Below are positions 24,255-35,980 of a stretch of DNA of 64,000 nt, in pieces. Numbering within the stretch: the first letter of the stretch is position 1; every line of letters starts with the position of its first letter. The stretch lies in assembly GCF_040938485.1 (NCBI RefSeq), contig NW_027271461.1, forward strand, positions 372,001 through 436,000. Direction: 5' to 3'. The notes below the pieces were generated by a model. The model worked only from the letters and a program-made list of their open reading frames with translations, was not told the origin of the DNA and did no database searches. Position numbers and translations under genes: made by a program. This DNA is from Diadema antillarum (lineage: Eukaryota).

Positions 24255-25148
24255 AGCAGTTCTGTGATGGTTGTTGAAGCAACATAGGTCAAACATTTTG
24301 AATATGGTGCACTTGTGGTGCAAAGGATTTCCGTGTAGTGATTTCTTCTCTTCCGGTGTCTCGGCGCGGCGACCAGCATACAGCTTTTCGTGATTGAGTG
24401 ATCAAAGTGTGTTGCACGCGAATTGATGTCAACATACTAGCCAGCCGCGAGCGCGAGGTTTACTTGTACATGTACACTTGACGGTTGATAACGAACGTGC
24501 ACTCGGCACTCCAAAATCTCCATGGCACATTTTCTTTTCACTGTCCACCCCCACCCCTCCCCGTTTTTATGGCAAGCCAAGTGTGTGTAATATGCATTGT
24601 CTTGTTCACGGTGGTTTCTGCAATAGCTCCGAATCGGGTGTTCTAAACGCTGAACCACTTACACAGTTATGTAGTGTTAGAAGAACACGATGAAACAGAT
24701 CTGTGTTCCTATTCGCATGTGAATTTAAGATCAGGCTCAAAACATGACTCGATCATCTATATTTTTCTTGTATTGCTTGAAGGTCTTTTTTTCTTTTCTT
24801 TTCTTTGTCTTCTGTTCTGGTGCATGGATAATGTACATTTATTAGTCCGCCAACATTGTAAGATATCACAGTATAGAAGTTAAAATTGCAGGCACACAGC
24901 TCAAGAGAGAGAACAGACGGAGAGATTGTATGGAGTGAGATATGGCAAGCATGGCATGATGGCATATCCCTCAGTGAAGGGTTTGACAGATCTAATGTTT
25001 CGATTTCCCTTGGGGAAGGTTATACTCCAAACAGTTCTGCTTATACTCACGGGGGCCCCTAGAAGGAGGAAAGGCCGCCTCTGTATGCTATTAACCACAA
25101 TGATGGCAGTTTGTATAGTTCATGTATGGTGTTTGTTAGGCTTGTTAA

Positions 25149-25716
25149 AGGACAAGTTCACCTTCATAAACATAAGGATTGAGAGAATGCAACAATATTA
25201 GTAGAACACATCAATGAAAGTTTAAGGAAAATTGGACAATCGATGCAAAAGTTATGAATTTTTAAAATTTTTGTGTTGGAACCGCTGAATGAGGAGACTA
25301 CTACAGCTTGTGAGTCATATGCGTACAACAGTATAAAGAAAATGTAAAGAAAATTCAACATATTTTCACTTTTTTCGCATAATCAAAGAGCACTTGACTT
25401 GACTCTTTCTAAAGGCAGGGGGAATAATATTACCCATAACATTTGTCGGTAACGAGTCGGGGGAATGTGTACTTTTTGCAAAAGATGAAATTTTGTGAAA
25501 TTCTCTTTATATTTTCCTTATATTGTTGTACGCATGTGACATCTAAGTTATTCACACACTGCAGTAGTCTTCTCATCCAGCGGTTACTGCACAAAAACTT
25601 CAAAAATTCATAACTTTTGAACGGATTGTCCAATTTTCCTCAAACTTTCAATGATGTGTTCTACTAATATTGCTACATTCTCTCAATCCTTATGTTTATG
25701 AAGGTGAACTTGTCCT
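25149..25716. mobile_element. Kolobok-like MITE with long (about 125 bp) TIRs
   Basis: ttaa|aggacaagttcaccttcataaacataaggattgagag... and ...ctctcaatccttatgtttatgaaggtgaacttgtcct|ttaa; TTAA TSD, purine-purine start. Confidence 0.85.
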
Positions 25717-25847
25717 TTAATGCGGCAAATGCATCAAAATAAAACGACTATCCATCCTGCCCTCGCCGCGAGAGGACGTCAGCCAATGTGAACAAGTTTT
25801 CTTCTACTAGTATTCTTTTGTACTGCCACTCCCGAGGTAAAACAAGA

Positions 25848-25850
<3 letters not shown>

Positions 25851-25888
<38 letters not shown>
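25851..25888. repeat. (GT)n microsatellite
   Basis: Direct reading. Confidence 0.9.
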
Positions 25889-25890
<2 letters not shown>

Positions 25891-26319
25891 TGTTGGTGGG
25901 GGGGGGGGGGGGGGGCAAAGTGCTGACATATCGCTATGTATTCCTATGTGTAAGGGTTCAAAAAAGGGGGAGGGCCCGATCGAGCCCCCTGCCCCCTCCC
26001 CCTGTTCCGCCGGCCCTGTATAGAGTCACTCATGGTGCATGGTGAAAAGTAATTCAAAGGCAAAATTCGTTTTATCATTATTATGTATTATATTGATAAC
26101 ATACGAATCAACGTGCGGTTTTACTTGCCTACTTCAAAATCATCATCAGCAGGCCTATGTTAAAATGGTAAATATTAGGTGTATTACGCACTTAATCTTG
26201 CTACATTTTTATAATTATCCTTTTTGACTCGTGCACAGAGAATCCACTAGCCTAAACAAATCAAATTATAAAAGACGCTTATTTCGTGCACTGTACCCAA
26301 AATTCATAATCAGGTGATG

Positions 26320-26860
26320 TTCGTTATTTCGAAATGCACAAATTCGTATACAATGTACCTATAGATTTTCGTGAATCCAAAAATGATGAAAGTGGGTTCC
26401 TTTAACCGCTTTTGTGGTGTTTTTAAGAAGCTTCATTGTTTCGAAAATGAAATAAGGCGCGTTATACTGCAGGTTCGTTATTCCAAAGTTTCCTTAATCC
26501 GAAAATGAAATAAGGTTCGTTCATTCGAAAACGAAAAGAAGACATGCGCATGTGTCTTTTTGCTTTTTAGGGGACCTCTCATTTTTTTTTTTTTTTTTTT
26601 TTTGGTCAACTGAAGCATAACTTTGTATTTTTGCTAGTTTGCATTCTTATGTTTATCTGTATCATTATTTTTATCCATTGTAAAGTCAAATGTTTATGAC
26701 GAGTTACGAACCTTATTTCGTTTTCGGATTAACGGATTTTCCCTATGGACTAGCGAACCTTTTTTTTTTTTTGCCATTTTCGGAATTATGAAATTTCGAA
26801 ATAACGAACCTCCGGATTAACGAACCACATAATCGTTTTCATCTTCGGATTACGAACATT
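26320..26860. repeat. Dispersed modular TTCG/CGAA foldback repeat
   Basis: Left half has gttcgttattcc / ccgaaaatgaaataaggttcg modules; right half has their reverse complements. The family recurs at about 205-400, 11480-11600 and 31215-31905. Confidence 0.6.
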
Positions 26861-27184
26861 CGACGCCTCACTATTCCTCTGTGAGAAAAGTAAAAAATAA
26901 AGAGAGAGAGAGAGAGAGAGAGAGAAGGCATAAAAAGGCAGATGTGATTTTGTGTAGCGTACATATAATTTTACATCAATTCAAAGACATATACTGCCGA
27001 GCCACGGTGAATAAAGGGATATGGCGCATGCATGGCTAACATAACAAAAAGGGTTATGATACTTGAAAATATACGCCTGTGCACATTTACGATTCCTAAC
27101 CAAACTTGACCTGTTTCAGAGCCAGTCGTGATAAGTCAGTGTGATATATGCCTTTGGAGATCCTTCTACTTGATTCCTACCAAA

Positions 27185-27198
27185 ATGATTAATACAGG
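27185..27198 (+). CDS. HSDL2: HSDL2-like exon 1 (14-nt coding micro-exon, MINT-G)
   Basis: caaaATG ATT AAT ACA GG|gtaagt; phase 2 fits the acceptor cttcag|G at 30215. Confidence 0.75.
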
Positions 27199-30100
27199 GT
27201 AAGTTAACAGTCTTACTTTCATGCGCTTCCATGTGCTATCATGGTCATGCATACGTCTTTTTTTTTTGAGAGAGAGAGAGAGCAGGTGATTTGAGGGCTA
27301 ACATCTCTGTAATGTCTTACCATGTAGTTACCGTATGCGATACCTACATATACGATATCACAATGGTAACAGGACGTACGTAGTATTATGGTCATAGCCG
27401 GTAATAAAGTGCCTCAAAGTACTTCACGCTGCACAGAAGTGATCCTGCTACTGTCCCTGCTACAAAATCATCTAGAAATGCACATGCACTGCATAGAATG
27501 TTCCTCTGAAATGTAAACTGGGCTACGTAGTTGTTCATCTGAAAAATTAATGTCACGTATATCTGGCTAGTTAGCGGAATTCGAAAATATCTATTAAAAA
27601 AACGGAAGAAAAACATTATTTAAATATGAAAGCTACATCTCTGGATTGGTCGTCTGTGTGCCATCGATTGCTCAGAAATGATACATGTACTGTCATATCA
27701 ATCATAAGAATTTAATATAATTATTATCTATACCATCATCTTTTCAGAATTTCACAACCCTATCTACAAAGAAGTTACTGCATGAAAGTCGACTTCTGAA
27801 CTTCAGATGAGATAATACGTTATATATTCATTGCATGTGAACGTATTTTGATCCTTATATTCGTGAGATTAGTAAGGAAGCATCACAATACCTATCTTGA
27901 AATAGGGAAAGAATGAAGCAGCTTTATCTAGACGCGTCAGTAGACGATAGCTACACATGCAATATGTAAATAAGAAGGGCTTATGACCTGGAATAAAGAT
28001 TAGGTAGAAAGGCAATTTCAGTTCTTTTTCAACAGCACACATGCCACATAATAGATGAATAACTTAATTAAAATACAGGTAGATTTATGGCAACAAGGCA
28101 TGTACTGGTTTACTGTACTAATTTAACAGATTGACGAGCTTTTAGACATTTGAAATCATGGCTGATTAAGAGACTATCGCAGTCGATTAACACCAATAGC
28201 ACAGTCTTTTGATAATAAATCGTACGCAAATGCATCGCACGAGCGTCTTAAGGGCTTTTTACACTTGTGTTTCTTAACCCCGGACTTTCTCTGACCCAGG
28301 ACTATCGTTAGTCCCGTACCAATTTTTTCAGCTTTTTACACTCGCCAATTAGTCCCGTACTATCTCTTGTCCGGGGCTAAGGAGAAAACTGACCTTTTTA
28401 CACTCGTATTTCTTAGCCCCGGACTTTCCAAACCCCATGAATATTCATAATTACGCTGTGTACTGTACACGTACACGCACGCACCGGCAGCACTTGATTA
28501 CCTCGTTTCTGATTGGTCAGTGAGGGTCGGACTTCGTCTCCGTCGCTTAGCCCAGGATTATTTTTTCGTTCTGTTTACACTCACTTGCTTGGCACCGCAA
28601 TTGCGGTGCTAACCCCTGCTATTTTGCAGGGCCAGATAGTACCGTACTATCGGTGGGGCTAGCCCACTTTGGCAAAAACGAGTGTAAACAGAAAGTGGGC
28701 TAAGGATAGTCCCGTACCAACGGTGGGGCTAAGGCCCCCCCCTTAGCCCCACCGTTGGTCCGGGGCTAAGCAAAAATTTACAAGTGTAAAAAGCCCTTAA
28801 CTTTTTCTTTTAAAGGACAAATTTGTTTGGTTATACATTTTCGTTTTTCAAATTCCATTAAACCGTCTTATCTGTCTAATAATAATATCTCTATATTTGA
28901 TAGCTATATAGGGTGATTCCATTGAGAACTGAAGAAAAGTTAAGGAGAGAATTTCTAAATCATTACCATCCCATCTGTCGTCATGTACTAGAGCCAAGCG
29001 AGTGTTTAGACATGTTTATCAGCATACACGTTTGAGAAAGTATGAATTGGCTAGTCCACATAAAATAATGACTTCATTAAGATTGACATTTCCTTATAGC
29101 AGAAAATGCAAATTAAGCAAAAACTTTTAGCACTTTGGGCAATTTTGCACTGTATCATTAAGTAAACATGTTCCTACAATATCTGACAAAATGATGACTG
29201 CATTTGCTCCATACTTGTGGAGACTTAATATGTTGGTCACGAGTAAATGATAAAGAAAAATATTCAAAGTCCATTTCTGGTAATATCTACCACATAATGT
29301 TAAAGAAGCATATTCAAAGTCCATTTCTGATAATATCGACCACATTGGCCATCTATTTACAGCGTAAACCTTGAACAGCACGTTGGTATTATGAACGTTG
29401 GAATTTGGAAGTGTTTGGGTCAGTAAGGTCACACAATCACTACTAGTATGTCAAGAGACGTCAATAACAAATCGTCACCTCCTGAATCAGGAGGAAAGAG
29501 GATGCATGTACTAGTACTCGACACGATCTCTCGTTTTATGCCAATATGCCGTATGAAATGTTTGCGCAATTAACATAATTTTACAAGTATATAGAGAGGG
29601 CCGAGGGATTGGTTTTAAAGCAACTATACGGTGCACTTGATCGGCAACACCATATATAACACACAGTTATGGACTCACCCAGTTNNNNNNNNNNNNNNNN
29701 NNNNNNNNNNNNNNNNNNNNNNNNNNNNNNNNNNNNNNNNNNNNNNNNNNNNNNNNNNNNNNNNNNNNNNNNNNNNNNNNNNNNNNNNNNNNNNNNNNNN
29801 NNNNNNNNNNNNNNNNNNNNNNNNNNNNNNNNNNNNNATGTTTAAAATTTTCATTTTGATATACAAATATAATCATAATCACGTTTTTATGTTTGCATCA
29901 GAAGTCTCCACGAATCCCCTTATTGTGCTAAAGGCCAAAAAGTGATTGAAAACGAATCATCGTACCATAGCAGTTGCTGCCATGAGGCAAATATATATAC
30001 ATTATGGATGTATAATATATATTTTTTCAGCTATAGTTTCGATTTGAAACGAACTCGAAATCAAACTGATGGCTGTATATAGACCTGTTGAAGCCTGCGT

Positions 30101-30806
30101 ATTCTCTTTTTTTTTTACCATTTTGAAACATTCTGAAGTTTATGAGTTGCTTTGTAGCATTTACTTTTTTGTAATATAACAAATTATCTCTCAAAAAATG
30201 TTTGAAACCTTCAGGAAACTCGCTGGAAAGACATTGTTCATCACCGGGGCGAGTCGAGGCATTGGGAAGGCCATAGCACTCAAGGCAGCCAAAGATGGCG
30301 CCAATGTTGTCATAGCAGCCAAGACCTCAGAGCCACACCCAAAACTTCCTGGAACCATCTATACTGCAGCTGAAGAAGGTTTGTTTGTTTCGAATTGTTA
30401 ACCCCCCCCCCTCCATTGTATAAATGTTGTATGAAATACAAGCCCTGCGTATAAAGGGTGATGGATAGGGATAATAATTGTTTGCTGCAGTATCTTTTCT
30501 TATCAATAATATAAGACTTCGAGTAGGAAATAAAACATGGCACTATTATTGTTTATTTATTTATACTTTGTCTCTTAGCTTGTTTGTTTGTTTGTTTGTC
30601 CTTGGTTCCCTTTTCGTTGCCACAATCAAGCTTTCTCAAAATCTGTGCGTGATGAAAACGATAACTACATATACTAAGCGACAACAATGCACCACACGTT
30701 TCTCCATGCAGCGGATTACACGAACAAGTTTCTAAATTGCTATTTGACTTTGATATCTCTATACAGTGTGAGGCGATTAAATTGAACACATAATTTTTTT
30801 TATTAT

Positions 30807-30868
<62 letters not shown>

Positions 30869-33323
30869 TATATACTGTATATATTCCAGTGGAGAAGAAC
30901 GGCGGACAGTGTCTGCCGTGTGTGGTAGACGTGAGAAAAGAATCCCAAGTTGTGTCTGCGGTCGAGAAGGCCGTCAAAACCTTTGGTGGCATTGACATCC
31001 TCGTCAACAACGCCAGCATCGTCAGTCTTACAGGTTCGTGGATTTAGCCATAGGAATAGTTTTTAATTTGATCTTCATGATTTAATGGTGGGTAAGACGG
31101 CAGCACATGCCAACAATAGTGTGTTTCTCATTCCGTTGTATATGTAAATGAGTTACCATTGACAATCTACATAATATTTATCCAATATGATAAAAACGTG
31201 GACATTTAGCGCTTACAGTTAGTTATTTCGAAGGTTTGTTATTTCGAAGGTTTGTCAATTTGAAAATAAAACAAGATCCGTTATTTCGAAGGTTCAGTCC
31301 TAAAATGAAAACAAAAAGTTCCTTATTCTGAAGGTTTGCAGATCCGCAAAAGAATCAAGGTTGGTAATTCCAAAAGTTCGTTAGTATGACCAGGGGCGGA
31401 TCCAGGAATTCCGTAAAGAGGGGCGCGTTTAAAAAAATTAAAGGGGGGGGGGGGGGGCGCACGCACCCCTCCCCTTTTTTTCTTTGTATTTCTTTTGTTT
31501 CAACAAAAAATAAAGGGGGGGGGGGGGCGTGCGCCGGTTGCGGTCCTCCCTGGATCCGCCACTGATGACGGACCTTTACCACTTTCGGATGAACAAGCCA
31601 TTTTTCTTTTCCGGACTAACAAACCTTCAAAACAAGGACTCTTATTTCATTTTCGGACTGGAACCTTCGGAATGATAACGAATCTTTGGAATGATAACGG
31701 GTCTTCTGAATAACACACAAATGTTAAGTTAAACGAACACAACTTCATTTTCATATTAACGTTTTCATATTAACGAAGAGAATCTAGGTATATTATGGAA
31801 TTTGTGTGTTTCGAAACAACGGACCTTCCGGATAGGGAAACTTATTTCATTTTTCGACTAACGAAACATCAGAATAACGAAAGCCATTCCATTTAGCAAC
31901 AGTTCTTGCTAGTGGAATGGAGCTAGCGTAATCCATGGCAGTTGTATAGTTGTCTTTCGAAGCATCAATTAAACCTGGAAGTATATTGTATATCGCATGA
32001 ACGATTGCTGTTTTGTGCGTGTTTGTGTGTTTGAGTGTTTAATCTAAGACCTTATTTCCTTCGATACAGGCACCGCTGAGACATCCATGGACAAATACGA
32101 CCTCTTGAACTCCATTAATGCTCGGGGCACGTACCTTTGGTGAGAGCAGGGTTTGACTGATCATTTCTTTGTTTGTTTGTTTCTTTATTTGTTTTTAATC
32201 ATTGTTAAATACTGATTTCAAATGCAGAAGGCAGGTACATTAATTTACATATCAAGGTTATATCAAAATCACAGCAACGTATCAGTATTTCCAATATTTA
32301 AAATCATTTCCTGAAAAAAAAAAAATGATTGTATAGGGATCAAAGACGGGGAATAAGAGAGATAACTCATTATTATATCATCGATCTTTAAGGTTGTTGC
32401 AGAGGTCGCATCTGATTGCAAAGGCATTGGTTTTAGGTGTTCTATGTTATGAGTTCATTCCAACCATCAACCAAGCATTCATAGCAAGTGACGAATAATA
32501 TCACTCGATGAGATATGCTTTATGCTCTTTTGATTGGGCGCCTCCCAACATGAACCACATCCATCGAATACAATAACCGTGGGCTGTATTCTATGTGAAG
32601 TAATGTGCAGTGAGTTGAATGTAACGTAGCTGAAAACAGTCAAACGTTGTTGGCAATGATAAGATTGAAAATATTTTGACCAGAGCTTGTTCTACATGTA
32701 CATTGTAATCTGTGACGCGTTGTCTATCATTAAAAAGAAAACAAGTTTCATTATTCACCTAGAGGGCGGCAGACTTGTATCGTTGTCATTATGATATCAC
32801 GATCACAGTTCCAAAGTCTGCCTCCCACACCTGAAGAATGGAACCAATCCTCACATTCTCAACATCAGTCCACCACTGAACTTTGAACCAAAATGGTTCA
32901 AGGGCCATGTCGGTAAGACAAGATACACGTGTAGTTATGATTTAATTGTTTTATCACAATATTGCCTACACAATACCGTTTTTAAACCTACCGTAAATTA
33001 AACTTTTAAACCTTGGTGTAAAATTTTGTTGTTCTTTTTTTCAAATTGAAAAACTGGCATTCAAAATGTAATTTGACCACAAAAAAAAAAGAGAAAGAAA
33101 GATGTAATTAAGGACATTGGAAGTATTCAGCAAACACATCTACTTTTATGTGAGATGATTAACCAACATACACAAAAAGAAATTCAAACAACTTTTAGAC
33201 CCCAACATCTATATTATTATTATCATTACATGTATCTATTTGGCATTTGCAAGACAATACAGTGATAACATATAAGATTTTATTGTGATGATAACATAAT
33301 TTGCCCCATTTATGTTAATGATG

Positions 33324-33367
<44 letters not shown>

Positions 33368-35132
33368 ATATACACATGATTGTGTGTGTAGGCCTATGTT
33401 TATGTGTATACATTGTACATACTTATTCCTACTGATCATCAATATCTTGAATCATTCCACTTTTTAAACTATGAATAGTATGAATAATATGAATACCATG
33501 AATAGTATTCTCAAGTAATCAAACCCATTGACATTAAATCTGTCTATTATCATGCATAGTCGAATTGCATCTACCTTCTGTAGAGTTGGCCAATCATTAT
33601 GTCATACTTTGATTATAGCCTACTCCATGGCCAAATATGGTATGTCACTGTGTGTCCTGGGAATGGCCGAGGAGTTCAAAGCAGACGGGATTGCTGTCAA
33701 TGCCCTGTGGCCACGGACTGGTGTGTATTTCAGTATTTTTACCACGATAATGTAACGCTTTTACAATATGTGCAACAGTAGCGCAAGGAGTGTTGGTAAT
33801 CTCAAATTGAAAACAGGAAATGGAATGATTGCAGAACTTTGATTTTATATTCATTTGGCATGATCCCACATACGTATGCAGACAAAGAATATGTAGGCCA
33901 AACCATGTGTAATTTGCCAAACTGTATTAATTTTAATGTACCGGTACTCACTTTTGGGCGCCATGGTCATGGAATAATGTTAACTGAATGCATTCAAGTC
34001 GATTACTAGAATAGCCGACAACAGTCAGAGTTAGAGATGGGTTGTTTACTCACCAGGGTATATTCTCAAGAATACTTTGTCAGTAGGTATTTTAAAGATG
34101 GCTGTTGGCTTAACTAACCGGTATCATCGTTTTCTAATCTTGGCAACGCGTTTGATGGATGAGTCTCTTAATCATTGTGGATTAAACCAGAAAGTGTTTG
34201 TTAATCGGATCTTGAAGTATCAGTCATACTATGACCATCGCTGAATCCTACTCTTTCCTAGCCATCTGGACTGTATCCATGGACATGTTGGGTGGATGGA
34301 ATGAATCCACCATAAAGGGTTGTCGGTCTGTTGACATCATGGCTGATGCAGCGTACGCTATCCTCTCCAAAGACAGCCAGTCCTTCACAGGCAACTATTG
34401 TGTTGATGACGTCATTGTCAGGGCGGAAGGAATCAATGACCTTGAGCAGTATGCTTGTGTCAAAGGTCAGTCTTCTTTACGACTTCAAATTTTCACTCCA
34501 AAATATTTTTAAAAAGGGAAATGGATATATACCCTCATCAATATTATGATTTGCATGCACAGTGTAGAAATAAAACTAAATGGGTTATGATGGTACTGTA
34601 TATTGCAATATGAACCTAATACATTGTACATGTACTTGTTATTATGTCTGTTAGAAGTATACAGTTGCAAAATTTCATTTTTTTTTTTTTAACATCACAT
34701 TTTCTTTTTAAACACTACAGATTAAGCCCTATGATTTCCGGTATAGACCAGTCATGTATCTATCCCACATGAATATGATACATGTACGTGGCATTGTTTA
34801 CCTTCAACTACTTGGGTAGTGTGGCCTTTTAGAAATTAATACCTTTGATATAGATATAATGTACTGTTAAAATACACTAATTATACAGACAGCTGCTGTT
34901 GACGGAAAATAATCATTTTCATATAACATCTTGACATCTAGGCCAATGTTGAATACAGAAAGCAAAATTCATGAATATTAAATTGATGTCATAACTACAT
35001 GTATGCTGATGTCATACATTGTTTTCTGTCTGGTCTCTCACAGGACAGCCTCTCATTCCAGACTTTTTCCTGGAGCCTGATCCAGACATGGAACTAGCTA
35101 CTGAAATCATCAAACTCACTGCTAAAGAGTAA
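27185..35132 (+). CDS. HSDL2: HSDL2-like short-chain dehydrogenase/reductase, 8 coding exons, 296 aa, SDR domain only
   Basis: join(27185-27198,30215-30378,30890-31033,32070-32139,32809-32912,33619-33720,34262-34465,35044-35132) = 891 nt, all GT-AG and in frame. Motifs TGASRGIG, KTSEPHPKLPGTIY, LVNNAS, HILNISPPL, YSMAK, NALWPRT, PDFFL. Confidence 0.9.
28252..28796. mobile_element. TTAA-flanked MITE (Kolobok-like) in HSDL2 intron 1
   Basis: ttaa|gggctttttacacttg...caagtgtaaaaagccc|ttaa: 16-bp perfect TIR; internal agccccgg / agtcccgtac repeats. Confidence 0.85.
29685..29837. other. Assembly gap (153 N) in HSDL2 intron 1
   Basis: Run of n characters. Confidence 1.
30215..30378 (+). CDS. HSDL2: HSDL2-like exon 2
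   Basis: KLAGKTLFITGASRGIGKAIALKAAKDGANVVIAAKTSEPHPKLPGTIYTAAEE, G|gtttgt; 164 bp. Confidence 0.93.
30810..30864. repeat. (TA)n microsatellite just upstream of the exon 3 acceptor
   Basis: Direct reading. Confidence 0.9.
30890..31033 (+). CDS. HSDL2: HSDL2-like exon 3
   Basis: ttccag|TG: EKNGGQCLPCVVDVRKESQV...GGIDILVNNASIVSLT, G|gttcgt. Confidence 0.92.
31215..31905. repeat. TTCG/CGAA modular repeat carrying a nested MITE
   Basis: Same modules as 26320-26860. Confidence 0.55.
31391..31564. mobile_element. MITE with CAG...CTG ends and 5-bp TSD
   Basis: atgac|caggggcggatccagg...cctggatccgccactg|atgac. Confidence 0.8.
32070..32139 (+). CDS. HSDL2: HSDL2-like exon 4
   Basis: gatacag|GC: TAETSMDKYDLLNSINARGTYL, TG|gtgaga. 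Confidence 0.92.
32809..32912 (+). CDS. HSDL2: HSDL2-like exon 5
   Basis: cacag|T: SKVCLPHLKNGTNPHILNISPPLNFEPKWFKGHV, G|gtaaga. Confidence 0.93.
33619..33720 (+). CDS. HSDL2: HSDL2-like exon 6 (catalytic YxxxK)
   Basis: gattatag|CC: YSMAKYGMSLCVLGMAEEFKADGIAVNALWPRT, G|gtgtgt. Confidence 0.93.
34262..34465 (+). CDS. HSDL2: HSDL2-like exon 7
   Basis: ttcctag|CC: IWTVSMDMLGG...CRSVDIMADAAYAILSKDSQSFTGNYCVDD...QYACVK, G|gtcagt. Confidence 0.93.
35044..35132 (+). CDS. HSDL2: HSDL2-like exon 8 (terminal)
   Basis: tctcacag|GA: QPLIPDFFLEPDPDMELATEIIKLTAKE*. Confidence 0.8.
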
Positions 35133-35907
35133 GGCTGAAAAACAGCTGATAGTGGAAGGTCAAAGTTCAAATGATCTACTGGATGGATTCAGGAAGAATG
35201 GATATAGAACCTCGGGTACACACACAAAAAACAAACAAACAAACAAACAAACAAACAAAAAAAACAACAACCCAAACCTTAGTACATATATCCTGGAATA
35301 TAAATGTAATGTGAGAATCGATAGCACATTATACAGTGCATCCAGGCAAAAAACAAAAACAAAATTCCTAAAACAAAGGCTTAGTGCAGAAGCAATGGGG
35401 TGTATCTACTTGATGATTTCGAAGTTGAAGCTTATGAATGCTTATCCTGCATACACTTACATGTATTACCTGTTACCTAGTCAGCTGCATGAGACAAGTA
35501 CCTCTAGTATCACTACACTAATCCCACTTTGTATGTCGGTCTGCTGTATTGTATACTGCACTGCATTGCATTTTAAATTACATTGCACTAATTAGTGTAA
35601 GTCAATATTCAGATTTTAATGTCCTCTATCATACTTAATTTGTCCAATAACAAAATGGGACTGTGGGGACTGAGATTTAATGAATTCTGTGCAGCCATAA
35701 CAGAGTTATAGTCAACTTTGCCCAAGTCTGCCTAACATAAGTCCAAAAAATTCAATAAGTTAAATAAAATTTTACCTCAGATATACACATGTGTTAATTC
35801 TATTGTGTAAGTCAAAATTTATGTCTCAAAATTTTCTCTTGTCCCTTAAGATTCTGCTTAGGTGAGGTTGACTGTACAGCATTTATCAATATTAGTTTAA
35901 TGTGTTC

Positions 35908-35913
35908 AATAAA
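35908..35913 (+). terminator. Candidate polyadenylation signal of the HSDL2-like gene
   Basis: AATAAA about 780 bp after the stop; another lies at 35763-35768. Position only, no transcript evidence. Confidence 0.4.
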
Positions 35914-35974
35914 TGCTTTACAAAGCTTGATTCACAATACACAATAGACATTTCATTTGAAAGTATAAATTTCT

Positions 35975-35980
35975 TTTATT
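35975..35980 (-). terminator. Candidate polyadenylation signal of Dachsous
   Basis: tttatt on plus = AATAAA on minus, at the far end of a 4.7-kb AT-rich stretch after the Dachsous stop. Position only. Confidence 0.3.

Noticed and set aside
29671-29684. Minus-strand donor-like sequence (ACTGG|gtgagtcc) at the gap edge, suggesting a mis-oriented contig or a shared UGT 5' exon
   Set aside because: HSDL2 exon 1 is found left of the gap in the correct orientation, and an isolated donor motif without its exon is not supportable.
30198-30214. ATG at 30198 (MFETFR) as the HSDL2 start
   Set aside because: It lies in a pyrimidine-rich acceptor context (ccttcag|G), and a better-fitting micro-exon MINTG with a consensus donor exists at 27185.
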